The translations under genes were made by a program, and so were the position numbers. Shown in pieces: positions 57,769 through 64,000 of a stretch of DNA of 64,000 nt. Position 1 is the first letter of the stretch. The number at the start of each line of letters is the position of its first letter. Origin of the DNA: an uncultured Candidatus Saccharibacteria bacterium. GTDB taxonomy: Bacteria > Patescibacteriota > Minisyncoccia > Phycocordibacterales > UBA9973. The notes beneath the pieces are model-generated. The model worked only from the letters and a program-made list of their open reading frames with translations, was not told the origin of the DNA and did no database searches. The stretch spans positions 1,859 through 65,858 of the forward strand of contig CAZLWF010000002.1 of NCBI GenBank assembly GCA_964563615.1, written 5' to 3'.

Positions 57769-58419
57769 CTAGGATTTAGAAGTAATATAGTTTATGAATT
57801 TTTCTTTTGTTGAATCTGGAATTAAATTCATAAACTTTATTGCTTTTTTATATCTTTCGTCTGACATATCAAAATCTTTCCCTTCTCCCAAGTAACTATA
57901 TATTTCTGATTTTGTATAACCTGCTTGTTCTAGTACTGCTGTTGTTGGATGAACTTGGATTATATCAACTTCGTTTATATTGGAGCTTCTAAAATCCGGA
58001 GAATAGACCTCTAGAACAGTTCCATAGATAAGCGGCTCACCAGTTTCTCTTTTCGCGTAAAATTCAGAGAGTCGAGATTTTGATCTCTCATCTTTACATG
58101 AAAATGTATCTTGTAGCCACTTAGGGTTTTCTATAACAAAAACTCCAGTCACATTTTTTCTTACTTCATAACCAAAATCTCGAAATGTTTTACCTATTAA
58201 ACCTCCATGTTTTATAGCATCATCAATAACTTTAATCTCTGAGTTACTTTTATCATATTCGAAAATTGTCAGCGCATACGTTCTGGCGATATTTTTTTCA
58301 TCTGAAAGAAAAGCTTCTCGCATAAAATCGTCATGTCGTAAAACTTCAGAGTGAATTTTCCCATATTTTGCTTCTAAAACATCAGTATGAAGCTTTTTGG
58401 TTATATTAAAATGTTCCAT
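57769..58419 (-). CDS. Hypothetical protein (weak chorismate-lyase/UTRA-fold resemblance)
   Basis: 216-aa AT-rich ORF downstream of tRNA-Ser(GCT). Confidence 0.55.
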   Translation of the reverse strand: MEHFNITKKLHTDVLEAKYGKIHSEVLRHDDFMREAFLSDEKNIARTYALTIFEYDKSNSEIKVIDDAIKHGGLIGKTFRDFGYEVRKNVTGVFVIENPKWLQDTFSCKDERSKSRLSEFYAKRETGEPLIYGTVLEVYSPDFRSSNINEVDIIQVHPTTAVLEQAGYTKSEIYSYLGEGKDFDMSDERYKKAIKFMNLIPDSTKEKFINYITSKS

Positions 58420-58464
58420 GAATTCTATATCTCTGAATACTCTTTGTTGATTTCTAAGATTTTG

Positions 58465-58549
58465 CGGAGACGGCGAGATTCGAACTCGCGAGGGCTTTCA
58501 CCCTGCCTCCTTAGCAAGGAGGTACGTTAGACCACTCTGACACGTCTCC
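58465..58549 (-). tRNA. tRNA-Ser (GCT)
   Basis: GGAGACG...CCTCC-TTGCTAA-GGAGG, long variable arm, GCGAG-TTCGAAT-CTCGC, CGTCTCC G. Confidence 0.95.
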
Positions 58550-58668
58550 AAACTTATATTTGTGTGATTAATTTAGCATATTTTTTGAAGAATAGAAAAT
58601 AAAACAAAAAGTAAATATTTGATAGAAAAGTTGATAAATTTGTAGTAATAAACTACATTAGTTCTATT

Positions 58669-58755
58669 GGAGGCGTGGATGAGTGGTTTAAATCAACAGT
58701 TTACTAAACTGTCGACCCTTTACCGGGTCCGTGAGTTCGAATCTCACCGCCTCCG
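58669..58755 (+). tRNA. tRNA-Ser with ACT anticodon
   Basis: GGAGGCG/CGCCTCC, ACAGT-TTACTAA-ACTGT, variable arm GACCC/GGGTC, GTGAG-TTCGAAT-CTCAC, G73. Confidence 0.9.
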
Positions 58756-58891
58756 CTTGAGCTTCGCGAAAGCGCTGGCGAGCATGTGAACTGCTTCACA
58801 TGCGGGTGAGGTTCGAAAGACTTTTCCGTACGAGCGTAGCGAGGTGGAAAAGTACCAGGCTCTGTAGGTAGCCGAATCTCACCGCCTCCGC
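58756..58891 (+). repeat. tRNA-Ser(ACT) 3'-linked structured element (antisense + direct repeat of the tRNA 3' end)
   Basis: GCGCTGGCG-[GCATGTGAA CTGC TTCACATGC]-GGTGAGGTTCGAA ... GAGCGTAGCGA ... and a 19-bp repeat CGAATCTCACCGCCTCCGC (58738-58756 = 58873-58891). Confidence 0.88.
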
Positions 58892-58937
58892 AAAAAGAAA
58901 GAAGAGATATAGACATATCTCTTCTTGTATCCATTAC

Positions 58938-59576
58938 TTATACCTCTAAAAAACCAAACTGCGCAATGAGTTTGTTTTCCAAATCTTGCAGTGTCCCGGC
59001 ATTTTCTATTTGAATATATACTCCAGCTCGCTTTGCTGCTCTAATAATTTCATCTCTATTGTTTGTCCACCAACGTAACTTGATATCAATTTTATCAAGA
59101 TCAGGCACTCCTATCTCTCCCTCAAGACTCAAATCTTTTCTCTTGTCTTGTTTTGTTCTTTCATACAATCGCTTCCGACAACTTTCGTCCGATGAAACGA
59201 TTTCGATAATTTTCATTGATGAAACATATCTAATCTTTGTTAATGAAAGCATCATTTCAAATTCTTCCACCGATCGCGGACTTCCTTCATGAAGGATGTA
59301 TTGATCTGGCTTAAGGTTTTTGAATAAATGTGTAAGCCAAAGCGATGCTGCAACAATAGCAGGCTGCCGTAAACAAGCATTATTGATGCGTTCCATCTGT
59401 TCGGTTAGGTAAGTTTTTTGCTGAATGCAATCCCGTATGAGATCACCAGTGCTTAGTTCTAATACTGATAGTGAATATTTCGTATACCAATCATGAACTA
59501 TTTTAGTGGCTGTGCCTTTACCAGAACCGCTTTGCCCTACAATAATAAGCCATTGGGGTAATTGTGGAGTTTCCAT
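58938..59576 (-). CDS. Adenylate-kinase-like NMP kinase
   Basis: GQSGSGKGT P-loop, LSTGDLIR, EGSPRS..E, R..D. Confidence 0.8.
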   Translation of the reverse strand: METPQLPQWLIIVGQSGSGKGTATKIVHDWYTKYSLSVLELSTGDLIRDCIQQKTYLTEQMERINNACLRQPAIVAASLWLTHLFKNLKPDQYILHEGSPRSVEEFEMMLSLTKIRYVSSMKIIEIVSSDESCRKRLYERTKQDKRKDLSLEGEIGVPDLDKIDIKLRWWTNNRDEIIRAAKRAGVYIQIENAGTLQDLENKLIAQFGFLEV

Positions 59577-59694
59577 GTACAAATTTTTCTTCACTCTACC
59601 TTACTTAATAACCTTTGTCAAAAAAAGGAATTGTATTGTATTAAAATTAGAAAATAATTTAAAGATTATCTATTCCAAGTGCTATACTATTTCC

Positions 59695-60450
59695 ATGGAA
59701 GAAGAGCTAGTCAAACTCAAAGCCGAAAATGAACGCCTGAACAAAATGAATCAGGTCAAAAGCGAATGGATCTCGATCGCGGCCCATCAACTGCGTACCT
59801 CCCTCTCTGCTATAAAATGGATACTCAAAATGTTCATCGATGGCGACTTCGGCAAACTTTCTCAAGAGCAAGACTCCATGATGAGCAAAGCCTACGGCTC
59901 CAACGAGCGCATGCTTGCGCTTATCCAAGAGATGCTGTCGCTAAACCATAACGACGAAGCGACGCTTACCTACGATATCAAAGAAAATAACCTGATGGAT
60001 ATTATCGAATCAACGCTGTTTGACTTTACTGGTGAGTCATTCAAGAAAGGCGTCGAGATCGTATTTCTACGACCAGAAGAAACAATACCACTCTTGCCTT
60101 TCGACAAAGAGAAAGTCCGCGTCGTCATCCAAAACCTCATCGAAAATGCTATCAAGTACAGCCGCAAAGGCGACAAGGTCTTCATCGGCATTCACGTCTA
60201 CCCTGATACAGTGAGTCTCACCGTTAAAGACACTGGCATTGGCATTCCCCAAAGCCAGCAGGAGCATATATTTGAGAAATTCTTCCGCGCAACGAATGCA
60301 AAAGAAAAAGAAGAGATCGGTTCTGGACTCGGACTCTATACCGTCAAAAATATCATCACTGAACACGGGGGGACTATTACCTTTGAGAGTAAAGACAACG
60401 AAGGAACAACATTTACGATAACGCTTCCCTTGCACAAGGCGTCCCACTAG
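59695..60450 (+). CDS. Cytoplasmic histidine kinase (HisKA + HATPase, no sensor domain)
   Basis: ISIAAHQLRTSL, NLIENAIKYS, DTGIGIP, FEKFFRA, GSGLGL. TGCTATACT lies 6 nt before ATG 59695. Confidence 0.92.
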   Translation: MEEELVKLKAENERLNKMNQVKSEWISIAAHQLRTSLSAIKWILKMFIDGDFGKLSQEQDSMMSKAYGSNERMLALIQEMLSLNHNDEATLTYDIKENNLMDIIESTLFDFTGESFKKGVEIVFLRPEETIPLLPFDKEKVRVVIQNLIENAIKYSRKGDKVFIGIHVYPDTVSLTVKDTGIGIPQSQQEHIFEKFFRATNAKEKEEIGSGLGLYTVKNIITEHGGTITFESKDNEGTTFTITLPLHKASH

Positions 60451-60559
60451 GTGTATACTCGATACATATCCGAGAGAAACTGAGGCTATACATCCGGAAA
60501 CATATTCGTTATTAAATTAATTTATGTAGAAGAGGATATCCTTTTCTCACCACTACCGA

Positions 60560-60928
60560 ATGCATAAGAAAATTTTGATTGTTGAAGATGATTCTTTCCT
60601 CCAAGGTCTTTCTGCTGGCAAACTTGCCAAAGAAGGTTTTGAAATAGCGACTGCCGGCAACGGCGAAGATGCTATTAAGCTTGCCGATAGCGACAAGCCT
60701 GATCTGATTTTGCTCGATTTGGTGCTACCTGGTATGGACGGCTTTACCACTCTCGATAAAATAAGGAAAAATGCAGCTCTTGCTGCGACGCCAGTCATCG
60801 TCTTCTCAAATTTGAGTGAAGAGAAAAACATCACCCACGCTAAAGAACTCGGCGCTACAGACTTCATGATCAAATCAAACTTCACACTTGATGAATTGGC
60901 TGAAAAGATCAAGAGCATTCTCAAGTAA
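60560..60928 (+). CDS. Single-domain response regulator (CheY-like)
   Basis: ILIVEDD, PDLILLDLVLP.MDG, VFSN, GA.DF.IK. Confidence 0.93.
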   Translation: MHKKILIVEDDSFLQGLSAGKLAKEGFEIATAGNGEDAIKLADSDKPDLILLDLVLPGMDGFTTLDKIRKNAALAATPVIVFSNLSEEKNITHAKELGATDFMIKSNFTLDELAEKIKSILK

Positions 60929-60953
60929 TTTTTATTAATCTAAAATTTTATAT

Positions 60954-61409
60954 ATGAGCAAAACATCAGCAATTATTGGGCTTATCGTGCTTGTCGCCGT
61001 TGGCGGATTCTTACTTTTTAATAAAAAGAAGGCACCTGAATCAACGACACCGACATTTACCACAGAAACTAATACCTACGTTCCCGACACCAATAGCCAA
61101 GACTTCCTCGCGACGCCTGAGCCACAAACAGTCGCTGTTACCTATACCAACACAGGCTTTAGCCCAGGAACAGTGACTATCAACAAAGGTGACACGGTCA
61201 CATTTGAAAACAAGGGTACTCAAAATATGTGGGTCGCATCAAATCCTCATCCTGCACATACTGACTATTCAGCGTTTGACGCCAAGAAGGGCTACGCACC
61301 GGGTGAAAGCTATAGTTATACTTTCACTGAAACTGGCACGTTCCCATTCCATGATCATTTGCATTCTTCCCTCGGCGGCACCATCATCGTAGTTGCAGGA
61401 GATAAATAA
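60954..61409 (+). CDS. Membrane-anchored cupredoxin-fold protein
   Basis: FSP.TVTI.KGDTVTF.N, ASNPHPAH, F.E.GTFPFHDH...GTIIV. The type-1 copper Cys is absent. Confidence 0.8.
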   Translation: MSKTSAIIGLIVLVAVGGFLLFNKKKAPESTTPTFTTETNTYVPDTNSQDFLATPEPQTVAVTYTNTGFSPGTVTINKGDTVTFENKGTQNMWVASNPHPAHTDYSAFDAKKGYAPGESYSYTFTETGTFPFHDHLHSSLGGTIIVVAGDK

Positions 61410-61419
61410 AAAAGAATTC

Positions 61420-61457
61420 TAAACAAAAACAAAACCGTACGGTTTTGTTTTTGTTTA
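61420..61457 (+). terminator. Perfect 38-bp palindrome, terminator-like
   Basis: TAAACAAAAACAAAACCGTACGGTTTTGTTTTTGTTTA. Confidence 0.75.
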
Positions 61458-61474
61458 CGCTACAATAGACCTAC

Positions 61475-63655
61475 ATGCAAAAAAGTGACCCACTTACTAC
61501 CCATTTTAGGATTGATGTTAAAGCTCAATCAGCCCTCAAACGCTTAGGGATCGTTACGATCAAGGACATGCTCTATCATTTCCCTGCTCGCTACTCGAGC
61601 ATCGCAGAGCTTCATTTTATTAATGAACTCTCAGTCGGTGAACAGGCAACCATCCTCGGCACGATTACCAAAGCAAATACCAAGAAATCCTTCAGAACTA
61701 AAGTGCCCATAGCCGAAGTAACACTCGAAGACCAGACAGGTACTATTTCTATCGTTTGGTTCCATCAAGCCTACTTAGCAAAAATGTTTCGAGTCGGCGA
61801 TAGTGTCAAAGTTACCGGCCGTGTCACTGAAACTAAACAGGGCCTGACGCTTGCCAATCCAGAAATCGAAAAAACTCCTACTCTTGCGATCGACATGCAC
61901 CATACACTTTTTGCAAATGACAGCGCATCGCATAAAAGCATTTCGTTCCCTATTTATCCTGAGAGCCGTGGCGTAACATCCAAATTTATATACCACACGA
62001 TACAGAAAATATTAAAAAGTGATTTACTCGAGTCACTCATCGATCCAATACCAGAATTTATTTTAAAAAAGTACAGTTTACCCAAGCTGCAAACAGCGCT
62101 CGTCTGGATTCATGCCCCCCAAAACGAAAACCATGCACTTGCAGCGCGCAAACGCTTTGCATTTGAAGAAGTATTTTTCATACAGCTCGTCAAGCAAAGA
62201 GAGCGCAACAAATTTAAACATGAGCGCTCTTACACGATTAATATTCCAGAGGCAACCATCACTGACTTTACCAAGCGATTCCCCTTTGCATTAACAGAAG
62301 GTCAAGAGCGCGCCATCAAAGGCATCACTGCAGATCTTGTTAAAGGTCATCCTATGTCACGACTACTCGAAGGTGATGTTGGCTCCGGCAAAACTGCTAT
62401 TGCTGCAACAGCGGCATACGGCATCGTCACCAATCGTCCAGCACTGCAGACGTTTGGTAATCTCCAAGTAGCCTATATGGCACCCACCGAAATACTTGCC
62501 ACCCAGCTCTTTGAGAATTTTATTTCTTATTTTAGGCACACCGGCATACAGATTGGGCTCATGACTGGCTCAGGCTGTCGAAAATTCCCGAGCAAGGTCG
62601 CATCTGCCACAACGACCTGGACTAATATTTCGCGTGCGCAACTTTTAAAATGGGTAGTCAACGGGGAAATACCAATACTTATCGGCACTCATGCGCTTAT
62701 TCAAAAAAGTGTCATCTTCAAGCATCTCGCACTTGTGATTATCGATGAGCAACATCGTTTCGGCACGATGCAGCGCAGCTCGCTCGTCCATAAAGATAGC
62801 AAGCTCGGGACTGTGGTACCACATTTGCTTTCGATGACTGCGACACCTATCCCTCGAACGCTTGCGCTGACGATTTATGGCGATCTTGATCTTACACTTC
62901 TCGATCAAATGCCTCACGGGAGAAAGCCTATCATTACTAAAATTATTGCTTCAGCAAAGCGTGATGAAGCGTATACTGAGATAGAGAAGGAACTCGTCAA
63001 AGGCAGGCAGGTATATATTATCTGTCCGCGAATCAACGAACCAGATCCAACCAAAGAACTAGCCCTCCAAGCAAAGTCTGTGACTGAAGAAGCAAAACGA
63101 TTGAAATTGAAAGTATTTCCCAAGTACACCATCGGCATCCTGCATTCGAAAATGACGAAACAAAAGAAAGAAAAAGTTATGGATGATTTCTCAAAGCATG
63201 CAATAGATATCCTCTGCGCGACTTCAGTTGTCGAAGTTGGCGTCAACGTCCCCAATGCTACTGTTATCGTTATCGAAGGTGCAGAGCGATTTGGACTCGC
63301 ACAATTACACCAGCTCCGAGGTCGAGTGATACGCAGCAATGAGCAAGCGTACTGTTACTTATTTGCTGAAGCGAAATCAGAGAAAACTCGCGACCGACTG
63401 CAAGCGCTTGTGACTGCAAAAAATGGTTTTGAACTATCCGAACTCGACCTGACACTTCGTGGCGCAGGCGAGCTAGGCGGAGGGCGCCAATGGGGTATTA
63501 CTGATATCGGCATGGAAGCAATCAAGAATATAAAGATGGTAGAAGCAGCACGAAGTGAAGCATACGAACTCGTAGAAACTGGATCACTTATAAACTACCC
63601 TGCATTAGAAAGCACCCTTGGGGAACGTAAGGCAAGCGAAATCCATTTTGAATAA
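61475..63655 (+). CDS. recG: ATP-dependent DNA helicase RecG
   Basis: OB wedge domain, GDVGSGKT, MAPTEILA, DEQHRFG, MTATPIPRTL, AERFGLAQLHQLRGRV, DL..RGAGE. Confidence 0.97.
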   Translation: MQKSDPLTTHFRIDVKAQSALKRLGIVTIKDMLYHFPARYSSIAELHFINELSVGEQATILGTITKANTKKSFRTKVPIAEVTLEDQTGTISIVWFHQAYLAKMFRVGDSVKVTGRVTETKQGLTLANPEIEKTPTLAIDMHHTLFANDSASHKSISFPIYPESRGVTSKFIYHTIQKILKSDLLESLIDPIPEFILKKYSLPKLQTALVWIHAPQNENHALAARKRFAFEEVFFIQLVKQRERNKFKHERSYTINIPEATITDFTKRFPFALTEGQERAIKGITADLVKGHPMSRLLEGDVGSGKTAIAATAAYGIVTNRPALQTFGNLQVAYMAPTEILATQLFENFISYFRHTGIQIGLMTGSGCRKFPSKVASATTTWTNISRAQLLKWVVNGEIPILIGTHALIQKSVIFKHLALVIIDEQHRFGTMQRSSLVHKDSKLGTVVPHLLSMTATPIPRTLALTIYGDLDLTLLDQMPHGRKPIITKIIASAKRDEAYTEIEKELVKGRQVYIICPRINEPDPTKELALQAKSVTEEAKRLKLKVFPKYTIGILHSKMTKQKKEKVMDDFSKHAIDILCATSVVEVGVNVPNATVIVIEGAERFGLAQLHQLRGRVIRSNEQAYCYLFAEAKSEKTRDRLQALVTAKNGFELSELDLTLRGAGELGGGRQWGITDIGMEAIKNIKMVEAARSEAYELVETGSLINYPALESTLGERKASEIHFE

Positions 63656-63800
63656 TAGTATTGTTGGACTTATGTCAATAACGAAACGTAGCAAATTAAT
63701 AATTTTGAACCGAACATTGTCTGAGCATTCCACAATTTCTAACACAGAATGCGAGTTTGTGAGGTAAGAAATTATTAATTTGTGAAGTTTATTATGTACG

Positions 63801-64000
63801 TTACTGAGCAAATGCAGGTGCATTACCACTTACGGTAGGACGAATATTCTTTTTTGTGATATTTGAATTAACAATTACTTCTTTGAGGTATTGCTTCATA
63901 TAGGCGCTAGCTTTTTGAGCTTTTGTTTCTTCGGTTGATTCAACTGGTACTACTTCCAACTGTATATCTGGATATTTTGCCCGAATACTATTGATAGCAA
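63801..64000 (-). CDS. 3' end of a hypothetical protein (runs off the window)
   Basis: Open frame ...AINSIRAKYPDIQLEVVPVES...GNAPAFAQ* ending at TAA 63803-63801. Confidence 0.5.
   Translation of the reverse strand, partial: AINSIRAKYPDIQLEVVPVESTEETKAQKASAYMKQYLKEVIVNSNITKKNIRPTVSGNAPAFAQ

Noticed and set aside
58756-58891. Reading the tRNA 3' elements as tRNA introns
   Set aside because: Both tRNAs are complete before the element, the Asp distal repeat lacks 4 nt, and no group I/II intron core is recognisable.
58704-58934. 76-aa ORF here, and ORFs 38582-38773, 38868-39083 and 38888-39211
   Set aside because: They overlap tRNA genes and GC-rich hairpins, so they are chance open frames.
1-64000. 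CRISPR array, integrase, transposase, reverse transcriptase or prophage genes
   Set aside because: I saw no regularly spaced repeat array and no ORF with the relevant motifs. The repeats found occur as pairs only.

Overview
Chromosomal window from a small-genome bacterium, most likely Patescibacteria/CPR (Parcubacteria-like). This is inferred from the gene content, the type IV pilus locus without a secretin, tRNAs lacking encoded CCA, and many apparently leaderless genes. The genetic code is standard code 11. Housekeeping genes: groES-groEL, secG, rnj, htrA, mutY, pyrG, ftsEX, prfB, alr, purA-guaB, gatCA, ligA and recG. It also holds a glycogen locus, a large type IV pilus/comF cluster, two two-component pairs and eight tRNA genes. 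I found no CRISPR array, integrase or transposase. The most interesting signal is non-coding and tRNA-linked. (i) Two unrelated tRNAs (Asp-GTC and Ser-ACT) each carry a ~135-165 bp 3' element with the same design: an antisense copy of that tRNA's own 3' end split by an AA-CTGC-TT hairpin at the same register, a GAGCGNAGCGA-capped hairpin, and a direct repeat of the tRNA 3' end. (ii) Three tRNAs have upstream copies of their 5' ends, and two of these share the same CAG>GTT change. (iii) There is a tRNA-Ser with the rare ACT anticodon. (iv) A family of intergenic hairpins has a conserved core and interchangeable stems. (v) A leader-peptide attenuator precedes an ATP-grasp ligase / Ntn-amidohydrolase pair. 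All calls come from reading the sequence by eye; no database searches were run.
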